Of a DNA stretch of 64,000 bases, positions 1 to 9,981 are shown piece by piece; within the stretch, counting starts at the first letter, position 1; the number at the start of each line of letters is the position of its first letter. Below the pieces are notes generated by a model. That model did no database searches. It saw nothing but the letters and a program-made list of their open reading frames with translations, and had not been told where the DNA came from. The position numbers and the translations under genes are program-made. Source of the stretch: Terriglobia bacterium (GTDB lineage: Bacteria > Acidobacteriota > Terriglobia > Acidiferrales > UBA7541); contig OY968796.1 in the NCBI GenBank assembly GCA_963695545.1, positions 3,584,001 through 3,648,000 on the forward strand. Direction: 5' to 3'.

Positions 1-411
1 CACGAAAAGCAGCGCCGCGGCGCTGATGCCGAGATCGGGCAGAACGTCCGCCAGCGGCAAGCTGCTGAAAACGGCGATAGCCCCCGCGCCGAAAACGAAG
101 AGCAGCAACACCATTTCGAGCGACGCCGTAAACAAAGGCGACTGGTGCAGCAGAACGATGTCGCGGGTTAGAGACGTGCGCTCGGAAAGCGTCGCCTGCC
201 ACTGCTGGAAGAACATGAAGACCCCGCAAACGCAGGTCCAAAAGCGGTAGCCCTTAAGACCCACCCGCTCCCCGAGAGAAAAGAATTCGAGAAGCGCGAG
301 CACCGCGACCGCCGCGCCGCACGCCGCCACGAGCAGCGGCGGACCCCACCAGATCAGAGCGATCACGGCGGGAATCAAGATTGCGGCCGTCAGAACGCGA
401 GTGAGCGTCAC
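1..411 (-). CDS. cdsA: phosphatidate cytidylyltransferase (5' part; runs off window start)
   Basis: Manual translation from GTG at 411: (M)TLTRVLTAAILIPAVI..., hydrophobic; directly downstream of uppS, the usual uppS-cdsA order. Confidence 0.85.
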   Translation of the reverse strand, partial: MTLTRVLTAAILIPAVIALIWWGPPLLVAACGAAVAVLALLEFFSLGERVGLKGYRFWTCVCGVFMFFQQWQATLSERTSLTRDIVLLHQSPLFTASLEMVLLLFVFGAGAIAVFSSLPLADVLPDLGISAAALLFV

Positions 412-453
412 GCGAGTCCGCCAGAGGCGCGATCGGAGTGCGTCGGCAAGCGG

Positions 454-1248
454 TTAGGCCGTCTCGCGTTGCGGGCGCGTGGCCAGACCGCCGTACCGGC
501 GCTCGCGACCGCAGAAATCGACGAGCGCGCGGTAGAGCTCGGTGCGCGTGAAATCAGGCCACAGTGTTTCGGTGACGTAAATTTCCGCGTAGGCAATCTG
601 CCAAAGAAGAAAATTGCTCACGCGCATTTCGCCGCTGGTGCGAATCAGCAGATCGGGATCGGGCAGGCCCGCGGTGTAAAGATGCTTGGCCACCATCTCC
701 TCGTCGACGCGGAAAGATCCGATGCCGTTGTTGCGCACGCGATCCAGAATCGAATTGAACGCATCGACAAGTTCGGCGCGGCCGCCATAATTGAGCGCCA
801 CGGCGAGTTTCATCCCCGAATTGCCGGCGGTCAATTCCATGGCGCGATCCACATCGGAACGCACGCCCGCGGGCAGTTGATCGGCCCGCCCGATCACCAG
901 CATGCGTATATTATTTTTGTGGATCACCGGCAGCTCGCGGCGCAAATATTCGCGCAGCAGGCGCATCAGGAAATCGGTTTCGGTTTTCGGCCGGCGCCAA
1001 TTCTCCATCGAAAAGGCGTAGAGCGTGAGCGCGGGAATGCCCAGCCGCGCGCATGTCTCAATCACGTTTCGCGCGGCGCGCACGCCGGCTTTGTGTCCCG
1101 CAAGACGCGGAAGATGCCGCCGCTGCGCCCAGCGGCCGTTGCCATCCATGATCACGGCCACGTGCTCAGGTAGTCTGCGGCTATCGAGCTGGCCGAGCAG
1201 GCGAGCTTCTTCTTTATTTGCGGGTTCCAAGTGTTCCGGGGCTTGCAC
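454..1248 (-). CDS. uppS: undecaprenyl diphosphate synthase (isoprenyl transferase)
   Basis: HVAVIMDGNGRWA, YAFSMENWRR, DPDLLIRTSGEMRVSNFLLWQIAYAE motifs. Confidence 0.97.
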   Translation of the reverse strand: MQAPEHLEPANKEEARLLGQLDSRRLPEHVAVIMDGNGRWAQRRHLPRLAGHKAGVRAARNVIETCARLGIPALTLYAFSMENWRRPKTETDFLMRLLREYLRRELPVIHKNNIRMLVIGRADQLPAGVRSDVDRAMELTAGNSGMKLAVALNYGGRAELVDAFNSILDRVRNNGIGSFRVDEEMVAKHLYTAGLPDPDLLIRTSGEMRVSNFLLWQIAYAEIYVTETLWPDFTRTELYRALVDFCGRERRYGGLATRPQRETA

Positions 1249-1400
1249 AATTCCTCTTCCGGCGCGTCCCAGGCAAGACGTCCGGTTCCGACCCCAAGCA
1301 CTGCCTAGTCGTGATTGGTCCGACTGACGAAAACTAACATACGAATTCCGTCACTGCAACCTGAGCGCCGCCGCGAGACTCAGTTGAATCCGCCGGAAGA

Positions 1401-2744
1401 TCATAGCTTCAATTTCAAGAAGGCGAAGGCCGCGGCTGCCATATTCGGGAAGATCGCTGTGTACACGAGAACCAGCGTGAGAGCGATCATAGAAATGGTC
1501 GTCAGCCAGGCCACGATATTGAACGTGGGGGAATTCACGTACTCGCCCATCAGGTCTTTCCGATTTACCAGCAGCAGCATGAAGATCAGCACGATGGGCA
1601 GCCACACTCCGTTGGCCACTTGCGAAAGCACCAGAATGCGATAGAGAGGAGCGTGCGGAATCAGAATCACGGCCGCGCCAACGACGAGCATCGCGGTGTA
1701 AAGGCTGTAGAAAATCGGCGCGTCGTTAAATTTTCGGTCGATGCCGGCTTCAAAGCCCATGCCTTCGCAGATCACGTGCGCGGTGGAAAGCGGCAGGATG
1801 GACGCGGCGAACAACGACGCGTTCAACAGGCCGAAGGCGAAAAGCAATCCGGCCCAGCGCCCGGCCAGCGGCACAAGCGCCTGCGCGGCCTCGCCGGCGT
1901 CGGTGATGTTGCGATGCCCGGCGACATAGAGCGTCGCGGCCGTGCATACAATGATGAAAAAGACCACGATCATGCAGGATACGCTTCCGACGATCACGTC
2001 GGCGCGCGCCTGGCTGTATTGCCGCTTGCCGACGCGTTTTTCAACGAAGCTCGCTTGCATGTAGAAGAACTGCCACGGCGCGATCGTCGTGCCCACCAGC
2101 GCCGTGAGCATCAGCAGATAGCCGGCATTGAAATGAAACGTTGGGATCACCGTGCTCTTGGCGGCCAGGAGCCAGTTCGGGTGCGCGAGAAAAGCCGAAA
2201 AGATATAGGCGAGATAAAATGTACAGGCCACCAGGAAAATCTTTTCGACTTGGCGATACGTGCCGCGCAGAACCAGAACCCACACAATCAACGCGGCAAC
2301 GGGCACGGCGATATATTTTGAGATGTGGAAAATTTGCATGGACGCCGCGACGCCGGCGAATTCCGCCGTGGTGTTTCCCATGTCCACCAGCAGGCCCGCG
2401 AGGATCAGAAAGAACGTGGGGCGGAAACCGAATTCTTCGCGGATCAGATCGGACAAGCCTTTGCCCGTGATCACGCCCATGCGCGCGCACATTTCTTCGG
2501 TGACGTACAGCGCGATGGTCATCGGGATCAGCGACCACAGCAGCGCGTAGCCGAAACGCGCGCCGGCCTGCGTGTAAACCGAAATGCCGCCCGCGTCGTT
2601 GTCGACGTTCGAGGTGATTACTCCGGGCCCGAGAATCGCGAGGAATATGAAAAGGCGCCGGCGCAACAGGCGCGTACGCTTGCCGAATTCCGCGCCGCGA
2701 TCGCGCCAGACTTGTACTCGCTCCTTGAGCGCCACCAAGTTCAT
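1401..2744 (-). CDS. NRAMP-family divalent metal transporter (probable Mg2+-type variant)
   Basis: Multi-TM; GPGVITSNVDNDAGG, EEMCARMGVITGKGLSDLIRE, GTTIAPW; 4-nt overlap with upstream MgtE-like gene. Confidence 0.9.
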   Translation of the reverse strand: MNLVALKERVQVWRDRGAEFGKRTRLLRRRLFIFLAILGPGVITSNVDNDAGGISVYTQAGARFGYALLWSLIPMTIALYVTEEMCARMGVITGKGLSDLIREEFGFRPTFFLILAGLLVDMGNTTAEFAGVAASMQIFHISKYIAVPVAALIVWVLVLRGTYRQVEKIFLVACTFYLAYIFSAFLAHPNWLLAAKSTVIPTFHFNAGYLLMLTALVGTTIAPWQFFYMQASFVEKRVGKRQYSQARADVIVGSVSCMIVVFFIIVCTAATLYVAGHRNITDAGEAAQALVPLAGRWAGLLFAFGLLNASLFAASILPLSTAHVICEGMGFEAGIDRKFNDAPIFYSLYTAMLVVGAAVILIPHAPLYRILVLSQVANGVWLPIVLIFMLLLVNRKDLMGEYVNSPTFNIVAWLTTISMIALTLVLVYTAIFPNMAAAAFAFLKLKL

Positions 2745-3982
2745 AGCTTCCGCCGGAGCCGCGTGACCACGTCGTCCACGGCGATCGCGCCAATCGGGCG
2801 CCCCAGGTCGTCGACCACCGCGAGGCTGCGCAAATTGTATTTATCGAACAGATCGAAGACTTCTTTTTCGTTCGCGCTCGGCGGCACCGAATTCAAAGGC
2901 TCCGTCTTCATCTCGGCCATGCGCTGATCGGGCGCGGCCAGCAGCAGGCGCGCGGCCGGAACCGTGCCGGAGAATTTCGCGTCGTCGGTGATCAGGAAAA
3001 TGGTGTCGAGAACTTCCAGATGCACGTCGCGCGAGCCGATCCAGCTGACCACTTCGTCGCGCGTGGCCGTCTCTCCGACGAAAATAAATTCGGTGTTCAT
3101 CATGCCGCCTGCGGTATCGCCCTCAAATTGCAAGAGGGCGCGCACTTCGCTCGCTTCCCTGCCGGGCATCTCTTCGAGAACTTCTTGCGAAGTCTGCGGC
3201 GCAAGGTCCGCCAAAACGTCGGCGGCTTGATCGGGATCCATCTCTTCCAGAATGTCGGCGGCTTTGCCGCGGTCGAGCGTCTCGACGATCTCTTTGGTCA
3301 CGCGCTTATCGAGTTCCGCCAGCGCCTCGGCGGCGGTCTCTTCGTCGAGCGAGGCGATGATGGCTTGGCGCTCGGCCGGCGAGAGTTCTTCCATGATGTC
3401 GGCGAGATCAGCGGGATGCATTTGCTCGAGCTGCCGGTTCGAGATGCGCAGCTTGATGCGGCGCAGAGGATCGGGCTCGATGAGATTCACAAATTCCCAG
3501 CGAATCGTGCGTGTCGGCAACTTGTCCTGCAGCCGGCGGATCAATCCCGGAGACGCGACTCCCTGCAGCAGACGGCGCGCCGCGCCGCTCAGGCCAACGT
3601 CAACCTGGGTGACGCGCAACTCAACGGTGCCGTTGGCGCGCTCGTCGGCCAGATCGACGTCGTTCACGCGCACGACTTTGCGGCCGCCAGTGTCAATGAT
3701 CTGCTGATCGAGCAAATCCTTGCCGACCGCAAGCCAGCTTTCGTTCGGCGCATAGTAGTCGAGCGCTTTTTCTTCGACGTTCAGCTTGATCACGCCGGGT
3801 GCGACGAACGCGACGTGGTCATAGCGCGCCACAAGCGGCAGATATTTCCCGCGCCCGAGCAGAATTCGAGCCACGCGATTCGGCTGGTCGGCCGGTTCGA
3901 GGAACAGTTCGTTCACTCGGCCGACGAAGTTGCCCGCAGAATCGTAAGTCTCCGCGCCCAAAAGTTCCGTAGCGTGCAGCAT
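2741..3982 (-). CDS. MgtE-like cytoplasmic protein (PRC-barrel-like N-terminus, MgtE_N, CBS pair; no TM domain)
   Basis: MHPADLADIMEEL, AADILEEMDPDQAADVL, TAGGMMNTE, FDKYNLRSLAVVD..GAIAVDDV; ends right after the CBS pair; start taken at MLHATELLG (ATG 3982). Confidence 0.88.
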   Translation of the reverse strand: MLHATELLGAETYDSAGNFVGRVNELFLEPADQPNRVARILLGRGKYLPLVARYDHVAFVAPGVIKLNVEEKALDYYAPNESWLAVGKDLLDQQIIDTGGRKVVRVNDVDLADERANGTVELRVTQVDVGLSGAARRLLQGVASPGLIRRLQDKLPTRTIRWEFVNLIEPDPLRRIKLRISNRQLEQMHPADLADIMEELSPAERQAIIASLDEETAAEALAELDKRVTKEIVETLDRGKAADILEEMDPDQAADVLADLAPQTSQEVLEEMPGREASEVRALLQFEGDTAGGMMNTEFIFVGETATRDEVVSWIGSRDVHLEVLDTIFLITDDAKFSGTVPAARLLLAAPDQRMAEMKTEPLNSVPPSANEKEVFDLFDKYNLRSLAVVDDLGRPIGAIAVDDVVTRLRRKL

Positions 3983-4020
3983 GATTGATCCGCTTGCGAT
4001 GCGATCGAAAAAACGCGTCG

Positions 4021-4064
4021 AAAAACAAAAAGCCCGCGACCAAAATAAATTCCCGGCCGCGGGC
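4021..4064 (-). terminator. intrinsic terminator in the 5' leader of the mgtE-like/NRAMP operon
   Basis: Minus strand GCCCGCGGCCGGGA-ATTTA-TTTTGGTCGCGGGC then TTTTTGTTTTT: 14-bp stem with G-U pairs plus U-tract, about 40 nt before the start codon. Confidence 0.85.
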
Positions 4065-4085
4065 GATCCGCAAAAACGATGGCCA

Positions 4086-4229
4086 CTAACGGCGCCGCGG
4101 ACCGCTCCTGATCGTTTCGGGGCCAACTTCCGGTGCACGGCCCGATCCAATCTTTATTGGCCTGAATGCCGGGCTTGCGGCCCCAGGGCCAGGCTCCGTT
4201 TCGCTTGAAACACGCATCGTGACCGACAT
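4086..4229 (-). CDS. candidate leader peptide (47 aa, or 43 aa from ATG 4217)
   Basis: MSVTMRVSSETEPGPGAASPAFRPIKIGSGRAPEVGPETIRSGPRRR*; GGAGG at 4231-4235; stop lies just before the terminator. Confidence 0.45.
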   Translation of the reverse strand: MSVTMRVSSETEPGPGAASPAFRPIKIGSGRAPEVGPETIRSGPRRR

Positions 4230-4243
4230 TCCTCCAACTCGAT

Positions 4244-4272
4244 TAGTTAAAGCGTGTACGCATCTTTGTCAA
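4244..4272 (-). promoter_or_regulatory. candidate sigma70 promoter for the transporter leader
   Basis: Perfect TTGACA (4267-4272), weak -10 (TTAACT/TAACTA) 16-17 nt downstream; -35 lies within the inverted repeat TTGTC-AA-GACAA. Confidence 0.5.
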
Positions 4273-4453
4273 GACAAGAATCGTGTTTTGATGGACATTT
4301 TTCCAAGCGAAACGCCTGCTCACGGGACGGCCCGATCCCATTCGCGCGAGGCTCCGACCGAAGTGGCGCCCGCGTTTTCCATTTGACGGCGCGCGGTCCT
4401 ATGGACCCACGGGTATAATGCCCTTCGCCCGCCCTTCGGGCATGCTCCAAGCC

Positions 4454-7173
4454 ATGACCGAACCTACGAGTCCGCCGACGAGTTCTCCCACGAGTCCATT
4501 AATGCGGCAGTATCACGCCATCAAATCGCGCTACCCGCACGCGCTCCTGCTTTTTCGCTTGGGCGATTTCTACGAGCTTTTCTTCGAGGATGCCGTGGTC
4601 GCGGCGCGCGAATTGCAGATCACTCTCACTTCGCGCAATCGCGAACGCGGCGAGCAGATCCCGATGTGCGGCGTGCCCTATCACGCCGCCGACGCGTACG
4701 TGGCGCGTTTACTGCGCGCCGGATACAAGATTGCGGTGTGCGACCAAATGGAAGAGGCCGGGCCCGGGAAGAAATTGGTGCGGCGCGAAGTGGTGCGCGT
4801 GATCACGCCCGGAACGGCCACGGGCCTGAACGTGATCGAGCCGCGCGAGAATAATTTTTTGGCCGCGGTGGCGCGCGGCGCCGCGGGCTCGGCGATTGGA
4901 CTCGCGTTCGTCGACGTCTCGACCGGCGAATCGAGCGCCACGGAATTCTCGGGCGCCGGCGCGGAGGAAAAACTTCGCGACGAACTCGATCGCTTGCGCC
5001 CGCGCGAAATTCTGTTGCCGCGGCAGGCCGGACTGTTCGCGCGCGATTCCAGCGCCTCGGGCGACGGTTCGGCAACGCGCCTCGCGGGCGGCGCCTCGGC
5101 CGAGACGCGCGTCGAAGAATGGGTTTTCGCGCACAGTTACGCCGAGCGGATTCTCCGAGAGCAATTTGGAGTCTCGGGTCTTGAGGGCTTTGGCCTTGCC
5201 GATCACCCGGAAGCCACGCGCGCCGCCGGAGCGTTGATTCATTACTTGCGCGAGACCTCCGCGGTCGGCGCCGAAGGCGAGGGCGCGCGCGCCGACGCGC
5301 TGCGGCATGTGGATCGCATGCGTTTCTACGAGCAAGCCGACGCGCTCGTTCTGGACACGGTGACGGTGCGCAACCTCGAGCTTGTGGCGCCGCTCTTCAT
5401 GGAAGACGCGGCGCGTGGCGCGGCCGTCACCCTGCTCGCCGCGCTTGACGACACGGTGACCGGCATGGGCGCGCGGCTGATTGCGCGCGTGGATCCTGCG
5501 GCCGCAAGTGGATCGCGCGGAAATCGAAATGCGTCTCGACGCGGTGGGCGAGCTTGTCGCGCAAACCGTGCTGCGCGAGGAAATTCGGCGCGATCTCGGC
5601 GGCGTGCAGGATATCGAGCGCCTCGCCGGACGCATCACGCTCGGTGTTGCGTCGCCGCGCGACCTGGTAGCCTTGCGAGACACTCTCACGCGATTCCCGC
5701 CGCTGCGCGCGAATCTTGAGCGTGCATCGAGCGCGCGCCTCGCCGCGCTTCGCAATCAAATCGACGAGCTCGCCGATGTGCGCGAGCGCCTCGCGCGCGC
5801 CGTGGCCGACGATCCGCCGAATCTCGCATCCGATCCCGGCGTGATCCGCGCCGGCTACGATGCGGAACTCGACGAGCTGCGCGAACTTTCGCAGCGCAGC
5901 AAGCAAATCATCGCCGCGATGGAAGAACGCGAGCGCAAACGCACCGGCATCGCTTCGCTCAAGATTCGCTACAACCAGGTCTTCGGCTATTACATCGAGA
6001 TCTCGAAACCCAATCTGCATCTTGTCCCGCCCGATTTCGAGCGCAAGCAAACTCTGGTGAACGCCGAGCGCTTCACCACGCCCGAGCTCAAGGAATACGA
6101 ACGCAAAGTGCTGGACGCCGATCGAACGCATCGCCGAAATCGAGCGGCGCCTATTCGCCGAATTGCGCGCGTGGCTCGCCGAACACGCCGCACGCATGCG
6201 GCAAACCGGCCCGCGCTGTGGCGCAACTCGACGTGCTCGTGAATTTCGCGCGCCTGGCGGCATCGCGCCACTACGCGCGCCCTGAATTCATCGACCACGG
6301 GCGAATTAATGATTGTCGCCGGTCGCCACCCCGTAATCGAGCGACTGCTCGAGCAGCACGGCGAGCGATTCGTGCCCAACGATCTTTATCTCGACCAGGC
6401 GACGCAACAGATCCTGCTGATCACCGGGCCAAACATGGGCGGCAAATCCACCTACTTGCGGCAAGCCGCGCTGATCGTGCTGATGGCGCAGATGGGATCG
6501 TTCGTTCCGGCCGAGCAGGCGCGCCTGCCAATCACCGATCGAATTTTCACGCGCATCGGCGCGTCGGATAATTTGGCGCGCGGGCGTTCGACGTTTCTCG
6601 TGGAAATGAGCGAGGTCGCCGCGATTCTGAACACGGCCACGCCGCACAGCCTCGTGCTTGCTCGATGAAGTTGGCCGCGGCACGGCCACGTTTGACGGCC
6701 TGTCGATCGCCTGGGCGGTCGTCGAGCACTTGCAGGCCGAAACCCGCGCGTGCGCCCTGTTCGCCACGCATTATCACGAACTGACGGAGCTTGCGGATTT
6801 GCTGCCCGGCGTGCGAAACGTTCACGTCGCGGTGCGCGAGACTCCGGACGAAATTATTTTCCTTCGCCGCGTCGAAGAAGGCAGCGCCGATAAAAGTTAT
6901 GGCATCGAAGTCGCGCGCCTGGCCGGCGTGCCGCGCAGCGTGATCGAACGCGCGCGCGAAATTCTGCGCCGCCACGAACAGAGCGAACACGAATTGAGCG
7001 AAGAGCTAACGCCTGGAGCGGATCGGCCCGGCGCGGCCGCCGAGCGCGAACCGCCGCTCTTCACGCCGATCGACCGCAACGTGCTCGAAGCCTTGCGCGC
7101 CGCCGATCTCGACAATTTGAGGCCGCTCGACGCGCTCAATCTGCTCGCGGCGCTGAAAAAGCAAATTTCATGA
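4454..7173 (+). CDS. mutS: DNA mismatch repair protein MutS (5 apparent +1 frameshifts; sequencing error or pseudogene)
   Basis: [80 protein letters not shown] spread over successive frames. Confidence 0.95.
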
Positions 7174-8370
7174 GCCGCTCGCGCCCTTCCGACGCGCTCG
7201 TTGTTGGAATGATGTCGGGCACCTCGGCCGACGGAATTGATGTCGCGCTCGTGCGCATCGCGGCGCACGGCGGGGAGAATGCCGATTCGGCGAAGGTCGC
7301 AGAGTTCGCGAGCGTGCCGTATCCCGCGCCGCTGCGCGAAACCATCCTGCGCGTCGCCGAAGGCGCGCGCATCACGGCGGGCGAGATCAGCCACCTCAAT
7401 TTTCGCGTCGGCGAGGAATTTGCCCGCGCGGCCCTGGGTGCGCTCAAGCGTTGGCGCATTCGACCGTCGCGCGTCGCGGCGATCGGCTCGCACGGCCAGA
7501 CGATTTTTCACCAGGGATATGGCCGCGGCTCCGTCGCTGCGAATTCCCTCCACGCTTCAGATCGGCGAGCCCGCGGTGATCGCCGCGCGCACCGGCATCA
7601 CAACTGTCGGCGATTTTCGCCCCGCCGACATCGCCGCGGGAGGCCAGGGCGCGCCGCTCGTGCCGTTCGTCGACTATCGTCTATATAGCAACGCGCACAT
7701 GGGCCGCGTCGCGCTCAACATTGGCGGCATCGCCAACCTGACGGTGCTCCCCGCTGGCGGCGCACTGCGCGACGTCTTTGCGTTCGACACCGGACCCGGC
7801 AACATGGTGATCGACGCGCTGGTGCGGCGCGCCACGCATGGCCGACGAAAGTTTGATCGCGATGCGCGGATCGCCGCGCGCGGCCGAATGATTCCCGCGC
7901 TGCTTAATTCCCTGCTCCGCGACGAATATTTCCGCTCGCCGGCGCCGAAAACGACCGGCCGCGAGCGCTACGGCGAGCAATATATGCAACGCCTGCTCGC
8001 GCGGCGCGAAGCGCGCGGCGCGTCGCACGCCGATTTGATCCGCACCGCGACGTTGCTGACCGCGCTTTCGATCGTCGACGCCATGAATCGCTGGGTCTGG
8101 CCGAAAGCGAAGATCGCCGAGATGATCGTCTCCGGCGGCGGCGCGCACAATCCGTTGCTGATGGCGCAACTTGCCGCGGCGCTCGGCGGAATTCGCGTGA
8201 TCGGCTCAGCTGAACTCGGCGTGCCCGAAGACGCCAAAGAAGCTTTCGCATTCGCGCTGCTTGCGTGGGAGACGCTGCATCGCCGCCCATCGAATGTGCC
8301 CGGGGCAACCGGAGCCACGCACCTCGCCATCCTTGGAAAAATCTGCTATGCGCCACACGGAAAACTCTAA
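7170..8370 (+). CDS. anmK: anhydro-N-acetylmuramic acid kinase (one apparent +1 frameshift near 7520)
   Basis: [18 protein letters not shown] in the first frame; [39 protein letters not shown] in the second. Confidence 0.93.
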
Positions 8371-9922
8371 GCGCCCGCGCAGGGCTCGCCGGCCCTCGCT
8401 CGCAGCGCTGACTGCATCCGTTGCGTTAGCGCTCGCGCTGTGCGGCTGCTCCGGCGCGCCGCATCCCGCTCCCGGCGACGTTACATTTCTGATTGAGTCC
8501 ATGCCCGCGAATCTCGATCCGCGCATCGGCACCGACTTTGCTTCCGAGCGCATGGACAGCCTGCTCTTCGACAGTTTGGTGCAAAGCGACGGTCAGATGA
8601 ATATCCAGCCAGACCTTGCCGCAAGCTGGGAGCAGCCCGACCCTGCCACCTATGTCTTTCATCTTCGCCACGACGTCCGCTTTCACGATGGCCGCGCACT
8701 GACCTCGGCCGACGTGAAATTCACATTCGATTCGATCACCAGCGGCGCCATCCAAACGCCGAAGCGCGGCGCCTTCTCCGCGGTCCGCGTGATCGAAACC
8801 CCCGATCCGTACACCGTCGTCTTCCGATTGAAATCCGTCTCAACCTCATTCTTGTGGGACATTTCGCGCCCGGCGATCGGAATCGTTCCGCAAAGCGCGG
8901 GCGCAGATTTCGCCCAGCATCCCATCGGCACCGGCCCCTTTCGCTTTGTGAGCGCCGTGCAAGACGACAACGTAGTGTTCGCCAGCAATCCCGATTACTT
9001 CGGTGGCGCGCCGCAAATCAACCAAGTGACCTTTCGCATCGTGCCCGAAGCCATCGTCCGCGCGCTCGAGCTGCGCAAGGGCGCGGCGGACATCGAGATG
9101 AGTTCGCTTTCGCCGGATATGGTTCCCGTGCTCGCGCGACAGCCCGGTATCGCCGTCACCGAAGAACCCGGAACGAATTACAGTTACGTCGCTTTCAATT
9201 TCGATACGCCCGCGCTCGCGCATCGCGAGGTCCGGCAAGCACTCGCGTACGCCACCGACCGCGCATCGATCATCCAATATCTTTTGCGCGGCCAAGCTCG
9301 CCTCGCGGATGGCTTGCTCCCTCCCGGAAATTGGGCCGCCGCTCCTGACCTTAAAAGCTATCCGTACGATCCGCAGCGCGCGGAACAATTGCTCGATGCC
9401 GCCGGATTTCCGCGCCGCGCCGACATGGGCGGCATGCGTCTGCACCTAACGCTCAAAACTTCAACGGAAGAATATTCGCGCCTTCTCGGCGAAGTGCTGC
9501 GCGAGCAATGGCGCAAGGTGGGTGTCGATCTCGAACTGCGCGCGCTCGAATTCGGCACGCTGTATGCGGACATCACGCGCGGCAACTTTGAGATGTATAC
9601 GCTGCGCTGGATCGGCGTGAATAACGATCCGAGCGTTTTTCAATATGCTTTCGAGTCCGACCACATGCCGCCGGCCGGCTTCAATCGAGGCCACTATCGC
9701 AATCCTCAGTTAGACGCGCTGATGACCCAGGCAAACGTCGAGCCCAATATCGGACGGCGCAAAGCGCTCTTCTATCAGATACAACAGGTCGTCGCCGAAG
9801 ACGTGCCCTACATCAGCCTATGGTTCAACGACAACATCTGCGTTCATCGCACGCGCATCACCGGCATCGAGCTTTCGCCCGCAGGCAATTACGATTTTCT
9901 GTGCACGATCCACGCGAATTAA
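8348..9922 (+). CDS. ABC transporter substrate-binding protein, peptide/nickel family 5 (lipoprotein)
   Basis: Lipobox-like LCGC; PDLAASW, FHLRHDVRFHDG, PIGTGPF, VRQALAYA motifs. Confidence 0.9.
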   Translation: MRHTENSKRPRRARRPSLAALTASVALALALCGCSGAPHPAPGDVTFLIESMPANLDPRIGTDFASERMDSLLFDSLVQSDGQMNIQPDLAASWEQPDPATYVFHLRHDVRFHDGRALTSADVKFTFDSITSGAIQTPKRGAFSAVRVIETPDPYTVVFRLKSVSTSFLWDISRPAIGIVPQSAGADFAQHPIGTGPFRFVSAVQDDNVVFASNPDYFGGAPQINQVTFRIVPEAIVRALELRKGAADIEMSSLSPDMVPVLARQPGIAVTEEPGTNYSYVAFNFDTPALAHREVRQALAYATDRASIIQYLLRGQARLADGLLPPGNWAAAPDLKSYPYDPQRAEQLLDAAGFPRRADMGGMRLHLTLKTSTEEYSRLLGEVLREQWRKVGVDLELRALEFGTLYADITRGNFEMYTLRWIGVNNDPSVFQYAFESDHMPPAGFNRGHYRNPQLDALMTQANVEPNIGRRKALFYQIQQVVAEDVPYISLWFNDNICVHRTRITGIELSPAGNYDFLCTIHAN

Positions 9923-9981
9923 AGTCCGGATTTGACTTGCGGAGGGAAACGCGCGCTGCGGCTGCGGCGCGAGCGCGCTGA

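Noticed and set aside
4065..4240. M-box, yybP-ykoY, NiCo riboswitch, 6S or SRP RNA as the identity of the transporter leader
   Set aside because: Could not find their hallmark conserved sequences by eye; left as an unassigned candidate pending an Rfam scan.
5470..6670. Programmed ribosomal frameshifting in mutS
   Set aside because: Five independent shifts without slippery sites or stimulators; far more consistent with indel errors.
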